Source: Armatimonadota bacterium | Lineage (GTDB): Bacteria > Armatimonadota > UBA5829 > DTLH01 | Reading direction: 5' to 3' | Assembly (NCBI GenBank): GCA_039679675.1 | Contig: JBDKUN010000014.1 | Span: 1-34,276 of the forward strand | Length of the DNA: 34,276 bases | Shown here: piece by piece, positions 1-9,488 of the stretch | Numbering within the stretch: the first letter of the stretch is position 1 | Layout of the letters: every line of letters starts with the position of its first letter | Program-made: the position numbers and the translations under genes | Notes under the pieces: generated by a model | The model's database searches: none | Seen by the model: the letters and a program-made list of their open reading frames with translations, nothing else | What the model was told of the DNA's origin: nothing

Positions 1-18
1 CTTTGCTTGCTGGGTCAT
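1..18 (-). CDS. 5' start of an unidentified gene running off the left edge (MTQQAK...)
   Basis: Minus-strand ATG at 18-16 preceded by AGGAGG (complement of 29-34) at 10 nt spacing; only 6 codons visible. Confidence 0.45.
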
Positions 19-59
19 CGATGCGTTTCCTCCTACAAAAACAGCATCGGCATATCAAC

Positions 60-123
60 CTTTCGGTACGATTCTTAAATGAGGCAACGAATCACTTTCG
101 GTACGATTTTAGATGAGGCAACG
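60..123. repeat. Two tandem imperfect direct repeats of 30/29 bp
   Basis: CTTTCGGTACGATTCTTAAATGAGGCAACG (60-89) and CTTTCGGTACGATTTTAGATGAGGCAACG (95-123), 35-bp period. Confidence 0.85.
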
Positions 124-130
124 CGGCATC

Positions 131-159
131 TTGACGTCCGCTGCTTTCGGCTATATAAT
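131..159 (+). promoter_or_regulatory. sigma70-type promoter for tRNA-Leu
   Basis: TTGACG (131-136), 17 bp spacer, TATAAT (154-159), 16 nt before the tRNA. Confidence 0.8.
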
Positions 160-175
160 AACACAGTCAAAACGT

Positions 176-261
176 GCCGCAGTGGCGGAATGGCAGACGC
201 GCATGGTTCAGGACCATGTGTCCGCAAGGACGTGGAAGTTCGACTCTTCTCTGCGGCACCA
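176..261 (+). tRNA. tRNA-Leu (anticodon CAG)
   Basis: Acceptor GCCGCAG/CTGCGGC; anticodon arm CATGG-TTCAGGA-CCATG; long variable arm GTCC-GCAA-GGAC; T-loop TTCGACT; encoded ACCA end. Confidence 0.97.
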
Positions 262-265
262 AATG

Positions 266-302
266 AGGGTAGTGTTCAATCTGGACACTGCCCTTTAATT
301 TT
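266..302 (+). terminator. Intrinsic terminator after tRNA-Leu
   Basis: Stem AGGGTAGTGTTCA/TGGACACTGCCCT (with G-U pairs) followed by TTAATTTT. Confidence 0.7.
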
Positions 303-375
303 GTACAGTAGAACCGCTTTTTTACTTTGCAAAAGTCGATCAACTGCCTGATTTCCACACTCTTATCAATTAAAG

Positions 376-410
376 AACAGGACCGGGTGTTGGCGTTACC
401 CGGTCCTGTT
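376..410. terminator. Hairpin, probable terminator of the giant minus-strand gene (possibly bidirectional)
   Basis: Perfect 13-bp inverted repeat AACAGGACCGGGT/ACCCGGTCCTGTT, 33 nt downstream of the stop at 444. Confidence 0.7.
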
Positions 411-443
411 ATGAATCGTGTGCTGATAATTTCGATGTAATGG

Positions 444-3400
444 TTAAGGATTACTCAGTGCCGCTATACTGTCCCCATCCTTCAGGAGGATCAAAGGACT
501 AAGGTTGTTATTGTCTAGTCTATAGCAACTGCAGGCTCCTGTAGCCTTGACCAGTGCTCCTTTTACTACATCAGATGGCAGGGTGATGCTGCCATAATAT
601 ACATCTATAGTGGCAGAACCATCATTTATGTAGAGTTTCTTATTAGTAGTATCGATATCCGCTACTGTCCCGCATACTGTCACTAATAACCCTATGTTGT
701 TCAGTCCGAAGCTGCCTTTTACACCCTTCTGGCCTGTCTTGGCGGCTGGATCATAGCTGTAGTCTCCTCCACCGATGTATTTACAGGTAATCATCAGCGG
801 CTTTGCAGTCTCCTGACCTGTGACAGAAGGCGTTTCATAGCTTGAGAGACACCTTTCTCCGTCTGTGGTAGTTCCAAGGACACCATTAACTGAGATTATC
901 TGATTTACCTGCGGCAGAGTTCCCTTTAGCTGGTTCACTCTTATGCCGTAGGTCCTGTTTATGTCCTGGACATAGTAAAAGCCGCTGTAGACCGAAGATG
1001 CTACCATATTAGCCGCCAATACATATACCGTATCTTTGGTGTTCTTGGCGTTTGTGCCTGTGACATCAAATACTGAGTATTCATCTGCACCAATGTCTAC
1101 ATGGCTGCCCGCAATACGTGCCTCACCGTCCATATCAACCCAGCCAGTCTGTACCGCTGTGTCATCTCCAGCGTTTACGCAGGGAGATGTGGAGGTAAGA
1201 TGGTAGTCGGCATTATCCTTGTCTCTAAAGAGAGGGTCTACCGATATATCCGTAGTTCCTGCAGTGAGGCCAGAGTAGTTGGTGGTGTTTCCGTAGATAC
1301 AGTTGCTCTTGAGCGTTGGGTTCCCATAGGACTTATAAATCCCCGTGGTGTTAAAGACAACTATGTTGTTCGATATTGTGGAATTTGCACAACATATGCC
1401 ATAGATATTCTCACTGATGGTGTTATTGGCAATTACGCAATTTGGCATGCAGGAAACACCTTGGGTATTTCCACGAATAATGTTGTTGATTATTGTGGGG
1501 ATTGCCATTGATACGCCGTCTGCTACGCTATATATGCCGCGACCATTCCCGCTTATAATATTATTTATTATTAATGGGCTTGAATATGATGCGCAGCAGA
1601 TGCCGTAATAGCCGTTCCCGCTGTTTCTAACGATAAATCCATCGATACAAGCGATTGTTGAGAAACCGCTTGCACTCACGACAGTGCCCTTACCGGAGCC
1701 GTCTATTATGCTCTTATTGGCACCAAAGTCACGCTCCCCACGCTGGCTTTCTGTGCTTGCAAACCCACCATAGATATTACAGTCTGCTTTCAAGGTGATA
1801 TGTTCATAATAGTTTCCGGCGGCCACCCATACTTCACCACCCTCATTGGCGAAAACTGCGTCAATTCCCGCCTGCACAGTCTTCTTTGCCAGTTCCCAGC
1901 TAGATCCGTTATTGGAATCATCTCCATTGGGACTGACATGTGCAACTAGAGGAGGATTAACCGGCCACTGTGTCCCATCAGATTCATCTGCGCCGATATC
2001 TACGGCATTTCCCTGTATTCTTGCCTGCCCATCCATATCTACCCAAGATGTATCAACGAGGGAGCTGTCGCCTGCATCTATACAGGGTGAGCCGGGCTGG
2101 ATATGAAGCTTTCCATATGGCCAATTTTCAAATAGAGGGTCTTTTGATATATCCGTAGCTCCGGCAATAACACCTGAATAGTTGGTAGTGTTGTCATATA
2201 CACAGTTGTTCTTTAATGTCGGGCTTTCGCTGCTAGTAATTCCAGTGACATTGAAAGCAACTATGTTATTGGTTGCTATGCAACTGTATGCGCAGGATAT
2301 ACCATAAACGTTATTTCTGATGATAGTGTTATTTGCTATTGTGGAATTTCCACAAATTACGCCACATTTATTCCCACTGATAATGTTGTTAGCTATTGTG
2401 GAATTTGCGCAATTTATACCATAGCCATTCGAATTGATCTTATTGTTTATTATTAAAATTCTTAATGTGGAATCACCATATATGCCATTGTTGTTCTCGC
2501 TGATGGTATTGTTGCTTATTGTTGGATTTGCTAAATCGTAGTAAATACCAAAGTTGCTTCCACTGATGACATTATTGTCTATTGTAGGATTTGATGCATT
2601 GCAGCAATATATACCGTTACTACTATTCTTATACAGGGTGTTGTTTTTGATGCAGGCATTTGATTGACAGTATATGCCGACACCATTCCAAGTAATGTTA
2701 TTGTTGGTTATTTTTGGATTTGAGTATGCTGTGCAATAGATACCATAATACCCGTTTCCGCCATAATTAATACTAAACCCATCAATGCAGGCGGTTGTTG
2801 AGATGCCGTCTGCATTAACGACATTACCATTACCAGACCCGTCTATTGTACTCTTATTCTCGCCGAAATTCCGCTCTTGCCGCTCATTTTCCGTTCCCGC
2901 AAACCCACCATAAACGCCAATGTCTGCTTTCAAATTGATGTGTTCTTTGTAGACTCCAGCTGCGACCCATACCTCACCGCCGCCATTATCATAAACTGCA
3001 TCTATACTTGCCTGTATTGTCTTCTTGGCCAATGCCCAGCCTAAACCGCTGTTGGAGTCATTTCCGGTAGGACTGACGCGGATTACCACTGGATTAATCT
3101 TCCATTGTGTTCCATCTGATTCATCCGCGCCAATATCTACAGTGTTTCCCTGTATCCTTGCCTGTCCGTCCATATCTACCCAACCAGAATCAACTACAGA
3201 ACTGTCGCCTGTATCTTTGCATGGGGAGGCGGGCTGAATGTGAAACTTGTCACACCTCCAGTTTTCAAGAAGAGGATCTTTTGATATATCTGTACTTCCG
3301 GCAGTAATGCCTAAATAGTCTATGGCGTTACCATAAATACAGTTGTTCTTTAGGATTGGGCTCCCACTTGTACTATATTTGTAGATTCCTACATTATTGA

Positions 3401-6400
3401 AAGAAACAATATTGTTGGCCACTATAGGACTTGAGTTTGTAATGCAATAAATGCCGTAGCTATTATTACCACAGACGGTATTATTGATTATCGTTGGATT
3501 TGATGAGCAGTATATACCACAATAACTATTCCTGCTTATGGCATTGTTAACTATTGTTGGATTTGATGATGATTCACAGTAAATGCCGTAATCATTCCCA
3601 ATCATAGCGTTATTTGCTATTGTGGAGCTCGATAGCAGCGTGCAGTAGATACCATAATAGTTTTTTCCACTGTTTCTAATTGTAAACCCATCGATATGAG
3701 CAATAGTTGGAAGCCCACTCGCACATACAACGCTGCCATTGCCGGAGCCGTCTATTATGCTTTTATTGGCACTAAAGTTACGCTCCCCACGCTGGCTTTC
3801 TGTACCTGCAAACCCTCCGTATACGCCAATACTTGCCTTCACAGCAATGTGTTCGCTATAGACTCCAGCTGCTACCCATACTTCACCGCCGCCGTTATCA
3901 TAAACTACATCTATACTCGCCTGTATTGTCTTCTTAGCCAGTGCCCAACTCGAACCATCGTTTGAGTCATTCCCGCTAGGGCTTACACGCACCACAATAG
4001 GAGGGTTGACAGGCCGCTGTGTGCCGTCTGATTCATCTGCGCCTATATCTACAGCATTTCCCTGTATTCTTGACTGTCCATCTATGTCTACACAACCCAA
4101 ATCGACTGCGGAACTGTCGCCAGTATCAATACAAGGTGAACCGGGTTGAATGTGGCACTTGCCATAGCGCCAATTCTCAAGAAGTGGGTCTTGCGATATG
4201 TCCGTAGCTCCTGCGGTGATGCCTGAGTAATCAGTAGTATTGCCATAGACGCAGTTGTTCTTAAGCGTTATGCTTTCGCCTCCGCTTCCATTTTCAGTGT
4301 ATTTACATACTCCTGTATTATTGAAAGCGATTATATTATTGGTTGCTGTAAGATTTGATGTTCTGCAATAGATTCCATCCCCACTATTTCCGCTTATTGT
4401 ATTGTTAATTGCTGTAAGGTTTGATGATGAGCAATCAATACCAGAGCTGCTATTTACGCTTATGGTATTGTTAATTATTTTAGGGCTTGCTGAAGAGCAA
4501 TCGATACCATGACCATTATTAATGATTACGTTGTTTCTTATCTCAGGGCTTGATAAAGAGTAGCAATCGATACCATTATAATTATTTCCACTGTTTCTAA
4601 TGACAAACCCATCAATGCAAGCAGTAGTGATGAAGCCGCTTGCTTCTACACTGCCACCTTTACCTGAACCATCGAGTATACTCTCATTAGTGTTGAAGTC
4701 TCGCTCAAACCTCTCATTTTCTGTCCCAGCAAACCCTCCGTATACGCCGATGTCAGTCTGGAGAGTTATGTACTCTTTGTAGACTCCGGCTGCTACCCAT
4801 ACCTCACCACCGCCTTCATTAGCGAATACTGCATCAATTCCGGCATGTATAGTCTTCTTTGCCAGTGCCCAGCTTGAACCGTTATTAGAATCATTCCCAT
4901 TAGGACTTACACGCACCACAATAGAAGGATTGACAGGCCACTCTGTCCCGTCTGATTCATCTGCGCCTATATCTACGGCATTTCCCTGTATTCTTGGTTG
5001 TCCATTCATATCTACCCAACCAGAATCGACGAGAGAGCTGTCACCTGCATCTATACAGGGTGACCCTGACTGGATATGAAACTTGTTGTACTTCCAGTTC
5101 TCAATCATAGGGTCTACTGATATGTCTGTATCTCCGGCTGTGACGCCTGAATAGTTGGTAATGTTACCATAGACGCAGTTGTTTTTAAGTGTCGGGCTTG
5201 TATCTACACCGTATTTATAGATTCCGATGTTATTGAAAGCTACAATATTATTTGCTATAGCGTGGCTTAATGATGAGCAAGATATTCCATAATTACTGTT
5301 TCCAATGATCGTGTTGTTGGTTATTATGGGATCTGACGATGAACAGCCAATGCCATAGGTGTTCCCGCTGATGATGTTGTTTGCTATTGTTGGATTTGAT
5401 GAGTTGCATTGGATACCATAGCCATTCCCACTTATAATGTTGTTTACCAGTGTAGGGCTTGAAAATAGCTTGCAGTAGATGCCATAATAGCTGCTTCCAC
5501 TGTTTCTGATGGTAAATCCATCAATACAAGCAATTGTTGAGAAACCGCTTGCACTTACAACGTTGCCGTAGAATCCGTCGAGTATGCTTTTATTAACGTT
5601 GAAGTCTCGTTTAGACCTCTCACTTTCTATTTCTGCAAACCCTCCATACACACCAATGTCTGCTTTCAGGGTGATGTGCTCTCTGTAAATTCCAGCCGCT
5701 ACCCATACTTCACCACTTTGATTAGCAAAAACTGCATCTATACCTGCCTGTATGGTCTTTTTTGCCAGTGTCCAGCTTGAACCGTCTTTAGAATCATTCC
5801 CGTTAGGGGCTACGCGCACCACAATAGGGGGATTGATATACCACTGTGTCCCGTCTGATTCATCAGCGCCGATATCTACTGATGCACCCTGTACTCTTGT
5901 CTGTCCATCCATGTCTGTCCAAGCAGAATCGACTTCAGCGCTGTCGCCTGCATCTACACATGGTGAGCTGGGCTGGATGTGGAACTTACCATACCGCCAA
6001 TTCTCTAGTAAAGGATCCTGCGATATGTCCGTAGACCCTGCAGTGAGGCCAGAGTAGTTGTCGTTATTGCCGTATACACAGTTATTTTGGAGAGTCGGGC
6101 TTCCGCTGTTTTTAAAGACGCCGGTCATATTAAAGACAATTATGTTGTTAGCTATTGCCGGACTTGATGAACAGGAAATACCATGTTTGGTGTTCGCGAT
6201 GATGGTATTGTTAGTCACTGCAGGATTTGAATATGGCGAACAGTAAATACCATCTTCATTATCACTGATTATGTTATTTGCTATTGTTGTATTTAATGAA
6301 TCACAGTAGACACCGCAGCTATTCCCGCTGATTATATTGCTTATTATTTTTACATTTGGTGAATAGCAATAGATGCCTTGGCCGTTTCCAGTGATAACGT

Positions 6401-6851
6401 TGTTGGTGACAATCAGGCCTGCGGAATCACATAATATGCCTTTACTGCTGCTTCCACTGTTTCTAATTGTAAACCCATCAATACATATATTGTTTGGAAA
6501 TCTTGCACCAATAACATAGCCATTACCGGACCCGTCTATTATGCTCTTGTTGACACTGAAGTTACGCTCACTTCTCTGGCTTTCTGTGCTTGCGAAACCT
6601 CCGTAAAGCTGGCAGCTACCTCTTAAGTAAACGTGTTCTGCGTAGGTTCCTGCTGCGACCCATATCTCTCCGCCGCCGTTAGCATAGGCTGCATCTGCAC
6701 CAGCCTGTATTGTTCTTTTTGCCAGTGCCCAGCTTGTGCCGGGGTTGCTATCACTTCCATTTGCACGGACGTAAAAAACAGCCGCATTTGCCGCCGGGGA
6801 CGTTATGAGTAATACAAGGATTACAAAGATCATTGCAGAAGCTTTTTTCAT
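444..6851 (-). CDS. Giant secreted protein (~2135 aa): six tandem parallel beta-helix modules (DUF1565-like cap, beta-helix rungs, choice-of-anchor-Q-like tail) plus shared C-terminal module
   Basis: ATG 6851 with GGAGGAG RBS; signal peptide MKKASAMIFVILVLLITSPAANA; six repeats of V.V.P.G.D...G.SW.LAKKTIQA...EVWVAAG.Y...GIYC/NN.I.GN rungs...SPCIDAGD...D.DG..R..G..VDIGADE; C-terminal GLNNIGLLV motif. Confidence 0.88.
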   Translation of the reverse strand: MKKASAMIFVILVLLITSPAANAAVFYVRANGSDSNPGTSWALAKRTIQAGADAAYANGGGEIWVAAGTYAEHVYLRGSCQLYGGFASTESQRSERNFSVNKSIIDGSGNGYVIGARFPNNICIDGFTIRNSGSSSKGILCDSAGLIVTNNVITGNGQGIYCYSPNVKIISNIISGNSCGVYCDSLNTTIANNIISDNEDGIYCSPYSNPAVTNNTIIANTKHGISCSSSPAIANNIIVFNMTGVFKNSGSPTLQNNCVYGNNDNYSGLTAGSTDISQDPLLENWRYGKFHIQPSSPCVDAGDSAEVDSAWTDMDGQTRVQGASVDIGADESDGTQWYINPPIVVRVAPNGNDSKDGSSWTLAKKTIQAGIDAVFANQSGEVWVAAGIYREHITLKADIGVYGGFAEIESERSKRDFNVNKSILDGFYGNVVSASGFSTIACIDGFTIRNSGSSYYGIYCKLFSSPTLVNNIISGNGYGIQCNSSNPTIANNIISGNTYGIGCSSSDPIITNNTIIGNSNYGISCSSLSHAIANNIVAFNNIGIYKYGVDTSPTLKNNCVYGNITNYSGVTAGDTDISVDPMIENWKYNKFHIQSGSPCIDAGDSSLVDSGWVDMNGQPRIQGNAVDIGADESDGTEWPVNPSIVVRVSPNGNDSNNGSSWALAKKTIHAGIDAVFANEGGGEVWVAAGVYKEYITLQTDIGVYGGFAGTENERFERDFNTNESILDGSGKGGSVEASGFITTACIDGFVIRNSGNNYNGIDCYSLSSPEIRNNVIINNGHGIDCSSASPKIINNTISVNSSSGIDCSSSNLTAINNTISGNSGDGIYCRTSNLTATNNIIAFNNTGVCKYTENGSGGESITLKNNCVYGNTTDYSGITAGATDISQDPLLENWRYGKCHIQPGSPCIDTGDSSAVDLGCVDIDGQSRIQGNAVDIGADESDGTQRPVNPPIVVRVSPSGNDSNDGSSWALAKKTIQASIDVVYDNGGGEVWVAAGVYSEHIAVKASIGVYGGFAGTESQRGERNFSANKSIIDGSGNGSVVCASGLPTIAHIDGFTIRNSGKNYYGIYCTLLSSSTIANNAMIGNDYGIYCESSSNPTIVNNAISRNSYCGIYCSSNPTIINNTVCGNNSYGIYCITNSSPIVANNIVSFNNVGIYKYSTSGSPILKNNCIYGNAIDYLGITAGSTDISKDPLLENWRCDKFHIQPASPCKDTGDSSVVDSGWVDMDGQARIQGNTVDIGADESDGTQWKINPVVIRVSPTGNDSNSGLGWALAKKTIQASIDAVYDNGGGEVWVAAGVYKEHINLKADIGVYGGFAGTENERQERNFGENKSTIDGSGNGNVVNADGISTTACIDGFSINYGGNGYYGIYCTAYSNPKITNNNITWNGVGIYCQSNACIKNNTLYKNSSNGIYCCNASNPTIDNNVISGSNFGIYYDLANPTISNNTISENNNGIYGDSTLRILIINNKINSNGYGINCANSTIANNIISGNKCGVICGNSTIANNTIIRNNVYGISCAYSCIATNNIVAFNVTGITSSESPTLKNNCVYDNTTNYSGVIAGATDISKDPLFENWPYGKLHIQPGSPCIDAGDSSLVDTSWVDMDGQARIQGNAVDIGADESDGTQWPVNPPLVAHVSPNGDDSNNGSSWELAKKTVQAGIDAVFANEGGEVWVAAGNYYEHITLKADCNIYGGFASTESQRGERDFGANKSIIDGSGKGTVVSASGFSTIACIDGFIVRNSGNGYYGICCASYSSPLIINNIISGNGRGIYSVADGVSMAIPTIINNIIRGNTQGVSCMPNCVIANNTISENIYGICCANSTISNNIVVFNTTGIYKSYGNPTLKSNCIYGNTTNYSGLTAGTTDISVDPLFRDKDNADYHLTSTSPCVNAGDDTAVQTGWVDMDGEARIAGSHVDIGADEYSVFDVTGTNAKNTKDTVYVLAANMVASSVYSGFYYVQDINRTYGIRVNQLKGTLPQVNQIISVNGVLGTTTDGERCLSSYETPSVTGQETAKPLMITCKYIGGGDYSYDPAAKTGQKGVKGSFGLNNIGLLVTVCGTVADIDTTNKKLYINDGSATIDVYYGSITLPSDVVKGALVKATGACSCYRLDNNNLSPLILLKDGDSIAALSNP

Positions 6852-6964
6852 CAGAACAACCTCCTCCAGGTGCAGGCTATCAGACATATAATTGAAGCAT
6901 GTGCAGTGTACCCGCATATTTCTTCTTACACAATTCACTTTTAGGCCTATTTTTTATTAGCTGT

Positions 6965-6988
6965 AAGTATTAGACCAAGTTAATACTT
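6965..6988. promoter_or_regulatory. Palindromic candidate operator in divergent promoter region
   Basis: AAGTATTA-N8-TAATACTT between the divergent giant gene and GH36 gene. Confidence 0.4.
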
Positions 6989-7112
6989 TAGAACTACAGA
7001 GATTTGTCTGGAAACTCTATGGATTCCTTCCTATACAATGGCGAGAAGCATATATAGTGTGCTAACATAATGAAAAGCTTCTGGTAATATAGGAAACCAG
7101 CAGGAGGATTTG

Positions 7113-9056
7113 ATGACCGACGCAACAAGTGCATGCAATAAGCATTCAATGCAGCTTTTGGACATATTAACGGACTTGGAGTTCGATTGCCTGGTAGATT
7201 CCATCGAAACAAGCTGCAGCATGGCAAATGTGCTGACTGGGGGCACAGCGAATGTCGGCACTGCCAGCGGCGTGGAGTTCGAGATCAAAGTTATGTGTGA
7301 TTCGGACAACTGCATAAGACATGTACAGTTGAATGTTACGAATCCTGGCAAAAGTGAAATCGAACTCAAGAATATCGCGCAGACATTTTCTCTCTCTGCG
7401 AAGTGTACATCTGTACAGGCTTTGAAGAACACATGGTGCAGAGAATCGCAGGCTGTTAGCATCGATATTGAAAACGCTCCGGCCGTTATCCAGGCCAGAG
7501 GACGTTCATGCCAGGGATATGTACCGTATTTGCGCGTCGATCTAGATAAAAGCGACTGTTTGATACTCAATCTCATCCCCTGTGGCGACTGGCGTATATC
7601 TATCAGAAAAAACGATGGCAAGGACACGCTGAAGATAACTCTGGACAGGCCTGACGAGTATATAGTCCGGCTCAAACCAGGAGAGGCCTGCAGCGTCGGG
7701 CTCGACTGGCTTGTTCAGATATGCCGGAAGGATGATGCAGCCCTCGCCGGAAGTTATGTTCAGCGATATGCACTGGAGCATCTGGACAGAAGGAATGCGA
7801 ATGTAGTGCTGCCCGTGGTATACAACTCCTGGTTCGACAGGTTTCACAAAATCTCACCTGAAAGCCTTGAAACCCAGCTCGACGCTGCCGCTCAAGCAGG
7901 CTGCGAAGTCTTTGTCGTGGACGCCGGTTGGTACGGCGACCCAAAACTCGGCGATTGGGCTTCTGTCGGTGATTGGAGCGAAAGGCCGACTGTGTTTGCC
8001 AAAAGCACTCTCTCTGATTTTGCCGACCTGGTGCGTTCGAAAGGTATGGATTTCGGCATATGGATGGAACCGGAAAGGGTGAACAAGAATGCACCTGTGC
8101 GGATAAACCAGCCGGACTGGTTTATCGATGCGGATTCCAAAGGGTTCTGCTATCCTGACTTTATGAACCCCGAAGCCCGCAACTGGGTCTTTTCCGAGAT
8201 TTGCAGGGTCGTCGAAACTTACGAAGTAAAATGGTTGAAGGTCGACTGCAACTTCGACTTCTCCGCGGATCCTCACAAGATGTCCCACCAGTCCAGATTG
8301 CAGGCATGGCATGAGATATTAGATGAAATCAGCAATAAATATCCAAATCTTATCGTAGAAGGATGCTCGAGCGGAGGGCTGAGAAACGACCTTCTGACTA
8401 CTTCCTGTTTTTATACCAATTTCCTGTCCGACACGGTCGATCCTATTGACACAATAAGAATAGGAATGGCCGGTATGTCCCGTTTGGCTCCGAGGAAGAC
8501 CTCCAAATGGGTAGTGCTGTATCCGACAGGCAACGGGTGGACGCCTTACGGCAACAACGGTCTTGATACCGGAGACCAGGTCTTGTGCCCAGCGACTGCT
8601 ACAGCAGAAAAAGTGTCGTCATATCACATCGACTTCGCATTACGGGCGGGAATGACAGGAGTAATGGGGCTCGGTGGAAACATTGCAGGGCTCGACAGTA
8701 ATATGCTCGGCTTGTTGGCTGAACATGTGGCGTTTTATAAGAAAAATAGAGAGTTCATCCAGAACTCGATTGCAATCCCGTTGACACCAGTAGAGCCTTT
8801 GGACAATCGCAGAGGCACATCGGTCATTCAACTGTTGGCCCGTGACTTCAAACGCAGCATGATCTTTGTATACAATATCGATTCAGAGTCGAGCAAGGTG
8901 GTTGTCAAACCCAGGTGCATAGATACATCCGTCTCTTATAAAGTCGAATGCACTGACGGCTGCAAGATCGAATGTCCTGAAAACCTGCAGGACGGTTTTG
9001 AGGCCGAATGCCCGCAGGGACGCGCAAGGATCATAATTATCGAGCCAGCACCCTGA
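7113..9056 (+). CDS. GH36-family glycoside hydrolase (alpha-galactosidase-like)
   Basis: AGGAGG RBS at 7102-7107; motifs YNSW, VVDAGW, FGIWMEPE, WLKVDCN (nucleophile), EGCSSGGLR, FLSD. Confidence 0.88.
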   Translation: MTDATSACNKHSMQLLDILTDLEFDCLVDSIETSCSMANVLTGGTANVGTASGVEFEIKVMCDSDNCIRHVQLNVTNPGKSEIELKNIAQTFSLSAKCTSVQALKNTWCRESQAVSIDIENAPAVIQARGRSCQGYVPYLRVDLDKSDCLILNLIPCGDWRISIRKNDGKDTLKITLDRPDEYIVRLKPGEACSVGLDWLVQICRKDDAALAGSYVQRYALEHLDRRNANVVLPVVYNSWFDRFHKISPESLETQLDAAAQAGCEVFVVDAGWYGDPKLGDWASVGDWSERPTVFAKSTLSDFADLVRSKGMDFGIWMEPERVNKNAPVRINQPDWFIDADSKGFCYPDFMNPEARNWVFSEICRVVETYEVKWLKVDCNFDFSADPHKMSHQSRLQAWHEILDEISNKYPNLIVEGCSSGGLRNDLLTTSCFYTNFLSDTVDPIDTIRIGMAGMSRLAPRKTSKWVVLYPTGNGWTPYGNNGLDTGDQVLCPATATAEKVSSYHIDFALRAGMTGVMGLGGNIAGLDSNMLGLLAEHVAFYKKNREFIQNSIAIPLTPVEPLDNRRGTSVIQLLARDFKRSMIFVYNIDSESSKVVVKPRCIDTSVSYKVECTDGCKIECPENLQDGFEAECPQGRARIIIIEPAP

Positions 9057-9157
9057 CAACTTCTTGCCTGTTTGCCGGTCGATGCCGTAGAATAAGAGAT
9101 CAAGCTGATTCCGGCACGGCCGGTGGCTGACGAATGATAAATGGGAGGATTGCGCGG

Positions 9158-9487
9158 ATGAAACTTTTGATTACCATCATCCACGAGCGAGACCACGCAA
9201 AAGTCTCTGAATCGCTTCTCACCGCGGGATACAAGTTTACTAAAATCTCCACGACAGGAGGGTTTCTGCGTGACGGGAACGCTACGCTCCTTATCGGCGT
9301 AGATGATGAGGAGACCGATACCGTTATCAGCCTTGTTCAGGACTCCTGCAAAACACGCGAGCAGTATGTCAGCCTGCCGCCGCCTGATGTAATGCCTGCA
9401 GGGACATTCATACCGAATCCTGTAAAGGTCTCAGTGGGCGGCGCAGTTATATTCGTCGTTAATGTAGAACGTTTCGAAAGATTTTGA
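9158..9487 (+). CDS. darA: PII-like cyclic-di-AMP receptor (DarA/PstA/YaaQ family)
   Basis: GGAGGA RBS; MKLLITII...TKISTTGGFLRDGNATLLIGV...VSVGGAVIFVVNVERFERF; immediately upstream of holB. Confidence 0.88.
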   Translation: MKLLITIIHERDHAKVSESLLTAGYKFTKISTTGGFLRDGNATLLIGVDDEETDTVISLVQDSCKTREQYVSLPPPDVMPAGTFIPNPVKVSVGGAVIFVVNVERFERF

Positions 9488-9488
9488 T

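Noticed and set aside
60..123. Mini CRISPR array
   Set aside because: Only two units separated by 5 bp, with no spacer-length sequence and no cas genes in the window
79..358. ORFs 79..351, 113..298 and 167..358
   Set aside because: They overlap a clear tRNA-Leu, its promoter and terminator
1101..6246. Recurring short antisense ORFs inside the giant gene (HCVPSDSSAPIST...)
   Set aside because: Shadows of the repeated coding boxes on the opposite strand
6852..6938. N-terminal extension of the giant ORF to 6938 (and likewise 19177 for the second giant)
   Set aside because: Downstream ATGs at 6851 and 19261 have RBSs and begin signal peptides; the TTG at 19177 is a -35 box
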